Below the pieces are notes generated by a model that worked only from the letters and a program-made list of their open reading frames with translations, had not been told where the DNA came from and searched no databases. From assembly GCA_964187785.1 (NCBI GenBank), contig OZ076409.1, positions 85,376,001 to 85,440,000 on the forward strand: a stretch of DNA of 64,000 nucleotides, in the 5' to 3' direction. Every line of letters starts with the position of its first letter. Positions within the stretch are counted from its first letter, which is position 1. The DNA comes from Amphiscolops sp. MND2022. Taxonomy: Eukaryota. This document shows, piece by piece, positions 23,378 through 36,394 of this stretch. The position numbers and the translations under genes are program-made.

Positions 23378-26300
23378 GTTTTTTTATAGGCCTTTTATAT
23401 TTTGATTCGAATGGAACAATAGATTGAAAAGAGAAGGAATCTAAAGGCTTTATATGTATATCTTCTCCTTTGTTATTTATACGGATGGAGAATTGGTCGT
23501 CTCCGTAGTCAGCAAGGATAGGATGACAATCATTTTTTTGATTATATCTTATTTCTTCATGTTTTACTAAATAATGTACTGGTTTGAGTTGATTATCTTT
23601 CATGATAGAGAAAGCTATTTGAGGTGGTAATTGTTTGTGTCGTAATTGGTGTACTTGTAGCTGTTCTTTTGTAAAGGTTCTTGAAAGCATATCTGCTACA
23701 GTTAAATTTTTTCCAGGGTATGAATGATTTTTAATTTGGAGAATTTGGTTAATTGCATTTGTGCTCTATAGAATCTAGGACTAAGATTTCCTTTCTTTGC
23801 GAAACAATGTAGTAAAGGCTTGTGATCTGTGAAGAGATATATAGGATGAGGAGATCCAATGATCAAAAATTCATATATTTGTAATGCGTAAACTATTGCA
23901 AGAAGTTCTCTGTCTAAAGTTGAAAGTTTTTGTTCTTGTGTATTGAGAATTCTGGAGTTATGAGATTACTTCATCTTATTTTCTTCGTTCATTTGGAATA
24001 AGACTGCGCCTAAACCTACTAACGAAGCATCTACTGTTATAAAAAATGGATGCGTGGTGTTGGGTATTGTTAATTCAGTGTCTGCTGTCATTGCGTTTTT
24101 AACATTTTGAAAAAGTTTTTCTAATTCAGGTGTCCATTGAAATTTAACATCATCATGTAGTAATGTATACAATGGTTTAAGGTTTATATGAAGTTTTCAA
24201 TGAATTTTGAATGAAAGTTAACACTGCCAAGAAATTGCATAACATCTTTCTTTTCTTTTGGTGATGGGATTCTTTTAATTGCTTCAATTTTGGATGGAAT
24301 TGGCTTAATTGTGTTGTTACCAATTTCATGTCCAAGGAATTTTACTTTGAGTAACATGTAGAACGATTTTTCAGGTGCAAGTTTGAGATTTTCTCGAGAT
24401 GCTATTGTATGTAATTCTTTTATAAGTTCAAACATTTCTTGTTTTTCATTTCGAGTAATAGAATATCATCTATATAAACTAACGCAGAACGTTTGTCTAT
24501 AAGTGATCTAAAGAAAGTTGACATTTGTTTTGTGAAAAAGTTTGGAAGTCCTTTTAATCCGTAAAATCCACGGATAAAGGCGTATAATTTGTCACCGGAT
24601 GAAAATCCTGTAAGTTTAATTGTTTCTTCATCTAATGGTGTATGAGCATATGCATACATTAGATCAATAGTTGATTTGTATTTTTTATTTGCTCTAGCTA
24701 ATTGAGGAGCTAAAGGTTCAATAGGCCAAGATTCAAGTTCTTGGTTAGTGTTTGAGTTTAGATGTCTTGCGTCTAAAACAACTTTTATTGCGTCTCCTTT
24801 TGGGATAATAATTAAAGGGTTTAAAAATGTTGTTCCAATAGTATGTTTTTCATCTGTTGTTGAACCAATTTGTTTTATGATGTTGTATTTTTCGAGTTCT
24901 AGTAAAAGTTTATTTAGTCTATCTCTATAGTGGATAGGTACTTTAGAAGGTCTTTGTGTGTGGAGTTTACAATTATCTTTTATTCTAATTCGAAAAGGAG
25001 TAGAAATCTTTCCTACGTCGTTTTTATGTTTGGCGTAACAATTTTGGTTGTTAATTAGAATATTGCAGAGATTTACATATTCTGTATCGATTAAATCTGA
25101 GTATTCGAAATTGAATTTCTTTATGAATTGTTGGTTTTCTGTAGAATAGGGTAATGGAGGGAAATCTTTTCGAATTTTATCTGAAGGTCGAAGGTTTCCA
25201 GTAACAGAAGGTATAGGAAGTTGAAGTGTTTTGTCGTTAATTTCTATCTTGTTTATTTCTAATAGGGATTGTGGTATTACCCTAGTACATAAGTTCATAT
25301 CTGTATATGGATTTTGTTTAATCGGGGTTGTCGTATCAGGGTGATATGCATGTATTACAAAGTGAATGAGTGAATTTACATCGTTAACTCTGTAGTGAGG
25401 AGGAGTTGTTTGCGTAATAGGTATTTCTATATATCCAATAATTCCTCGTGGTAATGTAGCTGGGTAAGATGTAAAGTTTTGAATTATAGTTGCACATGAG
25501 TCTTTGCTTTTTTCATTGACTATCATGTCTAAGAAATGAAAGATATTTTTAAATTTTTGTAAGAAATATGTATATGGGTTTGTTGGGTAGAACTTCGTAT
25601 TATCTTCGAGTTCAAAATGTAGATTTGAATAGTTTTTAATTGGGAAATGTATGGTTTTTCCTGACCTCGGTTTAAAGTGAATTGGTTCCTTACATTTAAT
25701 AGTATAAATGTAAGAAATATATGGATAATCTTTTTCTGTAAATGTAGAAAATGTAGTTTTTGTTGAAAGCTTTGGATGTTGTTCTGTGTACGTCATAATG
25801 TTTTGTTGAAAATCAATATTTTGGATGTTCTTTTTGAAAAAGGGTGTTCCAAGAATGTTGTATTTGATATTTGCTACGGCAAAATCGATATTGAAGGATC
25901 GTGTTTTGTGATTTACTTCAGTGAAACAAGTCATCGAAATATAATGTATTATTGGTACTTCAGTTTGGTTTGCAACTGTAAGAGTTTTGGCTCTTTTGTT
26001 TTGGAGGTTAGTTGGAACATTGATGTTTAATTGTTTGGAAATTACATGAAATGTTGGTAAATTCAAAACAGATATGGAAGCTCCAGTATCTAAAAGGAAT
26101 AAGATTTCTAATTTTGAAGGTAATATGTTGTCATTTGTTTCAGAGGCGTGAATATATAGTGGATAAAACCAACTATAAGGGGTGATTGTATTAGCTATTT
26201 CAGTCATTTGACAGGTGTGGATTTCAAATTTTGTACTATCATTTTCTTTTGGGGTTTTAACGTCTACTTGATTTATTCTGTTTTGTTGTCTGTTTCTTGA

Positions 26301-28268
26301 GGGTGTTCTAGATCTTGATCTAAAATCTCTAGGTCTTGATGGAGATCTATATGGGTAATTATATCGTTTAAAGGAGTTTCCTTGTGATTGAGAACGAGAT
26401 CTGTATCTTGAGCGAGAATTATATCTGTAATTTGAGTTATTTCTGTATGGAGATCTATATGGAGATCTAGATGGAGTTCTTCTTTGATAATAATTATCAA
26501 ATCGAGATCTATACGGACTTCAGGATCGATTATAATATCTTTGTCGAGAGTTTGATCTATAGTTGTTTTGTGAATATTCTCTGCTATTGCTACGATATCT
26601 ATCATTGTTTCTGTATCTATCATTATAGTAGTTTTGATTATATTTATTACGATCATTATCTGAGGAATAAGAGTTTGTATTTTCATTTCGATTTTCCTGA
26701 GAATTATTAGGTTTACTGCGGAAATATTGTACAAAGGATTGTTGAGGAGTTCGTGATCTTTGGTTATTGTATTTCTGGTATTCGTCATCACGTTGTTTTT
26801 GATAACAATTTGAAATACTATGATTATTTTTATGACAATAGGAACAATATTTTCTATACGCTGGTTTGCTTTTGTTATTTGGGTCTCCAGTTTGAGTAAC
26901 CATTATCTGATCTTCGTATTCAAATTCTTTTTTGTTAGTATTCTCTTCAAGCGATACTTTGTTTATTTCTAGGGCTAAGTCGTTAGTTCTGGTTTTTTCA
27001 TTAGCAATATCTTCTGAATCGACATGTCTAACAAGTGTATGAAATGGTATTGAAGGTTCAAGTAATGTTGATACATGTTTAACTTGTCGTTTATGGGCAA
27101 AATCTTTTAACTTCTTTGGTAACCCTTTTGTAAAGATTTCATTATTTTTGAGATTTATGGTAGCTGCATTTTCCTTACACCATCCCTTTTTAACTAATTG
27201 TTGTACTCTAAGGGCAAAGTGGCGAACTGTTTCATTATCCTTTTTCATGAGTGACATAGCTTCTACTTGAGCGTAGTAAGCAGTTTTTTGAGATGAGAAT
27301 TGTTTTTTGAATAGTTGTACAAAGGAATTCCTTTGTTGTTTATATGATATATGGAGGTTAGTGTACCAATCGAGAGCTGTTCCTATTAATGAACATTGTA
27401 TGTAAGCCATGCGTCTATTATGCCAAGATTTGTTTTTTATAGGATTATTTTGAGGTTCTTCACCTATGGCGAAGGTTAATCTTGCTTCGATTTGTTGTAG
27501 ATATTCTTCGGGGGTGTAAGAATGGTCCAAACTATCAAAAGGTTTCATGGGTTCTGGTATTGAAGCGGACATGTTTATAAAAAAGGTATCTTGCGGCATT
27601 GGGAAATATTGGGGTGGCGGAGCTAATTGTTGTGTGAGTGGTGGAGGTATATGTTGGATTGTATTTGGTGGTAATGGGTTAGGATTAGGGTTAGGATTTG
27701 GATTTGAATGCGTTTGATACAAAGGATCAGTTGGTATATGTGTGAGTGGAGGATTATGAAGTCTTCTTTGAGAATCCTGTGTAATATTAGAATAAGAAAT
27801 GGAAGTACACGAGGTTCCTCGATTTTGAGAATATATATTCTGGGACGTATTGGTATTTGATAATTGTATGAAGGGATTTTGTGTTGTTGAAATTGTATTA
27901 ATTTGAGAGTGGTTTTGGTTTATATTTGTATTGGTAGTTGTGTTTGATGGAGGATAAAAGTTATAATTAAATGGATCGTAATATCGGTTGGAAGTTTGAG
28001 GATTATCATTAAAATTGTTATTAGAAATGGTTGATCGGTTTGAGCGAAAGGCGGAGGGAATTGATGGAGGATCATATCTAGGTCGAGTAATGTATCTTGT
28101 AGAATCAGAGGTAGTTCTTGTTGGAGATGCAACATTAGCAGAAGTATTCTGAGTACTAGATGTATATTGTAATGTATCATGGGTTTCATCGTTTATGTCA
28201 TCTGTATGTGGAAGGTTAAAAGATATATTACGGTTTGGAGAGGTATCTAAATGAGATTGAGGCCTATG
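23378..28268 (-). pseudogene. gag-pol: Second copy of duplicated gag(C-terminal)-PR-RT-RNase H block
   Basis: LLDTGAS, YIDD, TVDAS, TDHKPL; ~99% identical to 28269-33158; additional stop at 26522-26520 and extra frameshifts. Confidence 0.95.
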
Positions 28269-31200
28269 TTTTTTTGTAGGCCTTTTATATTTTGATTCGA
28301 ATGGAACAATAGATTGAAAAAAGAAGGAATCTAAAGGCTTTATATGTATATCTTCTCCTTTGTTATTTATACGGATGGAGAATTGGTCGTCTCCGTAGTC
28401 AGCAAGGATAGGATGACAATCATTTTTTTGATTATATTTTATTTCTTCATGTTTTACCAAATAATGTACTGGTTTGAGTTGATTATCTTTCATGATAGAG
28501 AAATCTATTTGAGGTGGTAATTGTTTGTGTCGTAATTGGTGTACTTGTAGCTGTTCTTTTGTAAAGGTTCTTGAAAGCATATCTGCTACAGTTAAATTTT
28601 TTCCAGGGGTATGAATGATTTTTAATTTGGAGAATTTGGTTAATTGCATTTGTGCTCTATAGAATCTAGGACTAAGATTTCCTTTCTTTGCGAAACAATG
28701 TAGTAAAGGCTTGTGATCTGTGAAGAGATATATAGGATGAGGAGATCCAATGATCAAAAATTCATATATTTGTAATGCGTAAACTATTGCAAGAAGTTCT
28801 CTGTCTAAAGTTGAAAGTTTTTGTTCTTGTGTATTGAGAATTCTGGAGTTATGAGATTACTTTCAGCTTATTTTCTTCGTTCATTTGGAATAAGACTGCG
28901 CCTAAACCTACTAACGAAGCATCTACTGTTATAAAAAATGGATGCGTGGTGTTGGGTATTGTTAATTCAGTGTCTGCTGTCATTGCGTTTTTAACATTTT
29001 GAAAAAGTTTTTCTAATTCAGGTGTCCATTGAAATTTAACATCATCATGTAGTAATGTATACAATGGTTTAAGGTTTTTATGAAGTTTCTCAATGAATTT
29101 TGAATAAAAGTTAACACTGCCAAGAAATTGCATAACATCTTTCTTTTCTTTTGGGGATGGGATTCTTTTAATTGCTTCAATTTTGGATGGAATTGGCTTA
29201 ATTGTGTTGTTACCAATTTCATGTCCAAGGAATTTTACTTTGAGTAACATGTAGAACGATTTTTCAGGTGCAAGTTTGAGATTTTCTCGAGATGCTATTG
29301 TATGTAATTCTTTTATAAGTTCAAACATTTCTTGTTTTTCATTTCGAGTAATAGAATATCATCTATATAAACTAACGCAGAACGTTTGTCTATAAGTGAT
29401 CTAAAGAAAGTTGACATTTGTTTTGTGAAAAAATTTGGAAGTCCTTTTAATCCGTAAAATCCACGGATAAAGGCGTATAATTTGTCACCGGATGAAAATC
29501 CTGTAAGTTTAATTGTTTCTTCATCTAATGGTGTATGAGCATATGCATACATTAGATCAATAGTTGATTTGTATTTTTTATTTGCTCTAGCTAATTGAGG
29601 AGCTAAAGCTTCAATAGGCCAAGATTCAAGTTCTTGGTTAGTGTTTGAGTTTAGATGTCTTGCGTCTAAAACAACTTTTATTGCGTCTCCTTTTGGGATA
29701 ATAATTAAAGGGTTTAAAAATGTTGTTCCAATAGTATGTTTTTCATCTGTTGTTGAACCAATTTGTTTTATGATGTTGTATTTTTCGAGTTCTAGTAAAA
29801 GTTTATTTAGTCTATCTCTATAGTGGATAGGTACTTTAGAAGGTCTTTGTGTGTGGAGTTTACAATTATCTTTTTTTCTAATTCGAAAAGGAGTAGAAAT
29901 CTTTCCTACGTCGTTTTTATGTTTGGCGTAACAATTTTGGTTGTTAATTAGAATATTGCAGAGATTTACATATTCTGTATCGGTTAAATCTGAGTATTCG
30001 AAATTGAATTTCTTTATGAATTGTTGGTTTTCTGTAGAATAGGGTAATGGAGGGAAATCTTTTCGAATTTTATCTGAAGGTCGAAGGTTTCCAGTAACAG
30101 AAGGTATAGGAAGTTGAAGTGTTTTGTCGTTAATTTCTATCTTGTTTATTTCTAATAGGGATTGTGGTATTACCCTAGTACATAAGTTCATATCTGTATA
30201 TGGATTTTGTTTAATCGGGGTTGTCGTATCAGGGTGATATGCATGTATTACAGAGTGAATGAGTGAATTTACATCGTTAACTCTGTAGTGAGGAGGAGTT
30301 GTTTGCGTAATAGGTATTTCTATATATCCAATAATTCCTCGTGGTAATGTAGCTGGGTAAGATGTAAAGTTTTGAATTATAGTTGCACATGAGCCTTTGC
30401 TTTTTTCATTGACTATCATGTCTAAGAAATGAAAGATATTTTTAAATTTTTGTAAGAAATATGTATATGGGTTTGTTGGGTAGAACTTCGTATTATCTTC
30501 GAGTTCAAAATGTAGATTTGAATAGTTTTTAATTGGGAAATGTATGGTTTTTCCTGACCTCGGTTTAAAGTGAATTGGTTCCTTACATTTAATAGTATAA
30601 ATGTAAGAAATATATGGATAATCTTTTTCTGTAAATGTAGAAAATGTAGTTTTTGTTGAAAGCTTTGGATGTTGTTCTGTGTACGTCATAATGTTTTGTT
30701 GAAAATCAATATTTTGGATGTTCTTTTTGAAAAAGGGTGTTCCAAGAATGTTGTATTTGATATTTGCTACGGCAAAATCGATATTGAAGGATCGTGTTTT
30801 GTGATTTACTTCAGTGAAACAAGTCATCGAAATATAATGTATTATTGGTACTTCAGTTTGGTTTGCAACTGTAAGAGTTTTGGCTCTTTTGTTTTGGAGG
30901 TTAGTTGGAACATTGATGTTTAATTGTTTGGAAATTACATGAAATGTTGGTAAATTCAAAACAGATATGGAAGCTCCAGTATCTAAAAGGAATAAGATTT
31001 CTAATTTTGAAGGTAATATGTTGTCATTTGTTTCAGAGGCGTGAATATATAGTGGATAAAACCAACTATAAGGGGTGATTGTATTAGCTATTTCAGTCAT
31101 TTGACAGGTGTGGATTTCAAATTTTGTACTATCATTTTCTTTTGGGGTTTTAACGTCTACTTGATTTATTCTGTTTTGTTGTCTGTTTCTTGAGGGTGTT

Positions 31201-34200
31201 CTAGATCTTGATCTAAAATCTCTAGGTCTTGATGGAGATCTATATGGGTAATTATATCGTTTAAAGGAGTTTCCTTGTGATTGAGAACGAGATCTGTATC
31301 TTGAGCGAGAATTATATCTGTAATTTGAGTTATTTCTGTATGGAGATCTATATGGAGATCTAGATGGAGTTCTTCTTTGATAATAATTATCAAATCGAGA
31401 TCTATACGGACTTCGGGATCGATTATAATATCTTTGTCGAGAGTTTGATCTATAGTTGTTTTGTGAATATTCTCTGCTATTGCTACGATATCTATCATTG
31501 TTTCTGTATCTATCATTATAGTAGTTTTGATTATATTTATTACGATCATTATCTGAGGAATAAGAGTTTGTATTTTCATTTCGATTTTTCTGAGAATTAT
31601 TAGGTTTACTGCGGAAATATTGTACAAAGGATTGTTGAGGAGTTCGTGATCTTTGGTTATTGTATTTCTGGTATTCGTCATCACGTTGTTTTTGATAACA
31701 ATTTGAAATACTATGATTATTTTTATGACAATAGGAACAATATTTTCTATACGCTGGTTTGCTTTTGTTATTTGGGTCTCCAGTTTGAGTAACCATTATC
31801 TGATCTTCGTATTCAAATTCTTTTTTGTTAGTATTCTCTTCAAGCGATACTTTGTTTATTTCTAGGGCTAAGTCGTTAGTTCTGGTTTTTTCATTAGCAA
31901 TATCTTCTGAATCGACATGTCTAACAAGTGTATGAAATGGTATTGAAGGTTCAAGTAATGTTGATACATGTTTAACTTGTCGTTTATGGGCAAAATCTTT
32001 TAACTTCTTTGGTAACCCTTTTGTAAAGATTTCATTATTTTTGAGATTTATGGTAGCTGCATTTTCCTTACACCATCCCTTTTTAACTAATTGTTGTACT
32101 CTAAGGGCAAAGTGGCGAACTGTTTCATTATCCTTTTTCATGAGTGACATAGCTTCTACTTGAGCGTAGTAAGCAGTTTTTTGAGATGAGAATTGTTTTT
32201 TGAATAGTTGTACAAAGGAATTCCATCGTTGTTTATATGATATATGGAGGTTAGTGTACCAATCGAGAGCTGTTCCTATTAATGAACATTGTATGTAAGC
32301 CATGCGTTATTATGCCAAGATTTGTATTTTATAGGATTATTTTGAGGTTCTTCACCTATGGCGAAGGTTAATCTTGCTTCGATTTGTTGTAGATATTCTT
32401 CGAGGGTGTAAGAATGGTCCAAACCATCAAAAGGTTTCATAGGTTCTGGTATTGAAGCGGACATGTTTATAAAGGTATCTTGCGGCATCGGGAAATATTG
32501 GGGTGGCGGAGCTAATTGTTGTGTGAGTGGTGGAGGTATATGTTGGATTGTATTTGGTGGTAATGGGTTAGGATTAGGGTTAGGATTTGGATTTGAATGC
32601 GTTTGATACAAAGGATCAGTTGGTATATGTGTGAGTGGAGGATTATGAAGTCTTCTTTGAGAATCCTGTGTAAAATTAGAATAAGAAATGGAAGTACACG
32701 AGGTTCCTCGATTTTGAGAATATATATTCTGGGACGTATTGGTATTTGATAATTGTATGAAGGGATTTTGTGTTGTTGAAATTGTATTAATTTGAGAGTG
32801 GTTTTGGTTTATATTTGTATTGGTAGTTGTGTTTGATGGAGGATAAAAGTTATAATTAAATGGATCGTAATATCGGTTGAAAGTTTGAGGATTATCATTA
32901 AAATTGTTATTAGAAATGGTTGATCGGTTTGAGCGAAAGGCGGAGGGAATTGATGGAGGATCATATCTAGGTCGAGTAATGTATCTTGTAGAATCAGAGG
33001 TAGTTCTTGTTGGAGATGCAACATTAGCAGAAGTATTCTGAGTACTAGATGTATATTGTAATGTATCATGGGTTTCATCGTTTATGTCATCTGTATGTGG
33101 AAGGTTAAAAGATATATTACGGTTTGGAGAGGTATCTAAATGAGATTGAGGACTATGTATATTTTGTCTTTGATTTATAACTCTAGTGGGAACTCTAAAG
33201 GAGTGAGTATGTACTGATGTTGATGTCCCTGTTTGTGATGGATTATATGTTGATATTGTAGATTCTTGGGTAGTAAACTCATTATCGTTATAGTTTTCAG
33301 GTTGATTTTGTTGTTGGGTTGTATTTTCCTGATCGGTGTTATCATCTTCAGTAGAATTGTTAGTGTTAAAATGTAAATTTTGTTGATCTTGAGAATTTTG
33401 TTGATAGTGGTAAGGTCTATTATCTGGGAATAGATCATTTTCTGTAATTAATAGAGGATCGAAACGTATGTAATCTAAGGTTTGTTTTGTAATTAATTGT
33501 GGTTTTTGAAAATAAGGGTGTTCATTTTGTTCACTGATGATGAATGGTAAACATTCTTCTGATGTAAATTGATCTGGAAATTCTGTAAAAGCAGATTGAT
33601 CTTGTTGAGACCATAATAATTGATAATTAAATCTGAAATATTTTCTGAGAAATAAAGATATTACTTTGATCTGAGGAATTGTTTGGTCATTTAATGTTAG
33701 GTCTTTGAAGTAGTGGTAAATGAAAGTTTGAATTCGTAAAATATCAGCTTGTAACCAATGATGAGGGTTGTCTTCAGGAGTAACTAATCTTTCAATAATT
33801 TCTACATCAAAATTGCCTATGTATCGTTGAAGATCGTCAAGTGCATTTGGACTATATTTTGGAATTTCGTGTGCTAAATTGTGATCTTTTACATTGTTTA
33901 GAAAAGCATGAAAAACTTGTTTAATAGGAACTTGAAGGATTATTGGGTTTATTGTTCTTCTGTATATATGAGATGAGTTAAATTTTTGTTGCGGAAAGGA
34001 TATTTGAAAAGTTGGGTATTCTTCGGTGATTGTTAAAACTTTATATCCAATTTAGAAAAGGTATGTGTCCAAATGTTCTCTAATAAGAGGGATTGTTTCA
34101 ATTGTGTGTGGTTCATTTTCAAATGGGAGTGGTTGTGTATAATGTGAAAGAATGTTTTGTAGAAATGGGTTTAGTTCTAATTTTACAACTTTTGCATTTT

Positions 34201-34246
34201 TAATGGCGGGAGTTTGGAAAGGTAGAGGGGTTGTCGTTGAGGACAT
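28269..34246 (-). pseudogene. gag-pol: gag-pol: Gag N-terminus, capsid-like region, CCHC knuckle, RS-rich tract, protease, RT, RNase H (first copy)
   Basis: ATG 34246; stop at 34054-34052, then open to ~32308; frameshifts near 32308, 29346 and 28851; CSYCHKNNHSISNC, LLDTGAS, YIDD, TVDAS, DRELLA. Confidence 0.95.
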
Positions 34247-35604
34247 TTTTAAAGTTTATCTCTTATCACTGTAAGTATTTTTTCAAGAAGAACACAAACT
34301 ATAAATAAGACACAAAACGTGTATGTTGTAATGAGTACTACTGTGGTAACCTTTTCCCACATGTTGTATTGTGAAGGTTATAACGTTGGAATGTCTTGTA
34401 TAGAGATTTTCTAAGTTCGAGCTCTTGGGTAATTTCTTTGTTGATTTATGATAAAGAAGAAATATTGTTGATATCGTTCAATTAATCTTTCAAAATCGTT
34501 TGGTGTAGGGTTTTGAAGTGAGCTAATTGGTGGAATGTAAAAGTTGAAAGGATACATTTCTTGGTTTGGGTTCATATAAGTTGTATTGTAATTTGAAGTT
34601 ATTTGAGAAGTTAATATTTTGGGATAGAGAAGAAATAAGCGGGTGCAGTAGGATCTGTATTCAACCGCAAAAGATTGCTAACAGAAACTAAATGTTATTT
34701 TAAGTCTGGATCACTTTAAGGTGTCTAACATAAGGTTACTGACACGTCCAGAAAAACTAAGGTTGTTTTAATTTTAAGTGGGTTGTGTGTTTTAAGACTA
34801 AAGGAGTGGAACTCTGAACAATCAACGTCCACTATCTAAAGTCTGATCAATACTGATCAAGATCAAAATTTAATCTTTGTTTCTTTTACTTTTACTTTTA
34901 CTTCTTGAGAATTTTGAAGATTCGAACGTAGTTCGGTGTCTTCTCGATTCTCCTTAAAAACGTTTACACTTAACTAAGGTTTTTAGTCAGTCTTAGAATC
35001 AGAGTACGCTGGTGAGACTATCTGATTGGCTAAGTCTTACGGGAGGGAATAGGAATTGTGGGTGCCTGAAAGTAGAAAACTAACTTTACTTTGTTTGTGT
35101 TATTTACATGCCTTATTTTAAGTTTTAAAGCAAAAGAGTTGTGAAAATTGTATGTTGTATTTTGTTAAAATAATTGTTTTGTAGGATTATGTTAAAATTA
35201 TTATTATTGGAAGCACTTGAGGTAAGTTTGAGTTTATTTGTTATTGTTCATTTTGTTGGTTGTTGAAAACATTTTTGAAGTTATGTGTATTATTTAAGTT
35301 TTGTGAATTTATTTGTATTGTTTGTCGACAATAGGGAAAAAAAGGAATAGTGCGTGGTTGTTTTTGATAGTTAGTCTTGGTTGCCTTTTTTTTGTTTTCA
35401 GAGTCTATTTCTGAAATTTTTTTGTAGGAAATTTTGTAGAAAGGGGATCCAAAACGTAAAAGTAGAAAATCCAGGTTTTCTGCCAACACGAAGTTGATCT
35501 TGAGACGTATGTGCTTATAGGTGAGCGGAGTTGGACATGCACTCAGTCAACTATTACACCAGGAGTCCACCTGACGTTCAAGATAGCAGGATTGAAGAAA
35601 GTTG

Positions 35605-35890
35605 CTGTGTCAAAGGTGTTAGAAAACCTTGATAAACCAGACAAACATCAGAGAACTGTTTCAACAAGCTTCCGGATTAGCTGTGATAAATCAGTATGGA
35701 GAACAGAACTGTGTCACTTTGGATAAATCAGTCTGGAAAAAGAAGAAAAACAGAACTGTGTCACAATGGATAAATCAGTCCGAAATGAAACCGTTTCAAC
35801 GTATTGGAAAACGTGATAAACCGGTATGGCTAGAAGAACAGGAAAAAGAACCGTGTCAACGTGTTAGAAAACGTGATAAACCGGTATTGA
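35605..35890. repeat. Degenerate tandem repeat in the 5' leader of element 2
   Basis: Six GATAAA(C/T)C(A/G)G cores, mostly paired with GAAC(T/C)GT(G/T)TCA, spaced ~40-60 bp. Confidence 0.8.
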
Positions 35891-36107
35891 AGAAAATTTG
35901 TTATATTAAAGTTGATTGTTGTAGTGGAGAAATTGTGTTTCGAACGATGATGTATTTGTTAATGAAATTTAGAAAGTCACAGACCAAACTTTCAAGAAAT
36001 TCTAGAAAGATTTCATTGCAATTCCAGAGAATTTCAAATATGGAGAGTGGTATTTGTATGATTGTTGAGAGAAGAGAAATCATCCAGGAGAAAAGGCAAA
36101 GAAAAAT

Positions 36108-36123
36108 TTTACAAGTCGCACCA
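36108..36123 (-). promoter_or_regulatory. Primer-binding site
   Basis: TGGTGCGACTTGT begins 3 nt after the 5' LTR end; primer tRNA not assigned. Confidence 0.8.
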
Positions 36124-36126
36124 AAT

Positions 36127-36394
36127 TGTGCTGCTTTTAATGGTTGGTTATTGTTTTTGATGGTCTTATACGCAACTACTAAAAGCGGCTGAGAGACAGG
36201 CTAGCTAGCTTACTTTATTACAACTATTCCGGATGTTAGGAGTAGAACAAAAAGGAAGTCAACTGAATACTGATTATTAGTTTTCTCTCTCTGAAGGAGT
36301 AGAGATTTACAATCATTCAATAAGAAATAAATGTACATTCTAGAACATTCTATAAGCATCTAAATACTATTGGTTATTAATGTAGGTCAGTACA
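36127..36394 (-). repeat. 5' LTR of element 2 (268 bp)
   Basis: Direct repeat of 13079-13347, followed on the plus strand by TSD GTAG. Confidence 0.97.

Larger units (their letters stand above)
13079..36394 (-). mobile_element. Full-length 23.3-kb env-bearing Ty3/gypsy LTR retrotransposon (element 2), decayed
   Basis: Two near-identical LTRs, GTAG TSD at 13075-13078 and 36395-36398, PBS, PPT, and PR-RT-RH-IN domain order. Confidence 0.97.

Noticed and set aside
26273..26791. 172-aa Ile/Asp-rich ORF, also at 31166-31684
   Set aside because: Alternative frame of the RS-rich gag region.
35629..36192. 187-aa plus-strand ORF
   Set aside because: Arises from the leader tandem repeats and runs into the LTR; no independent support.
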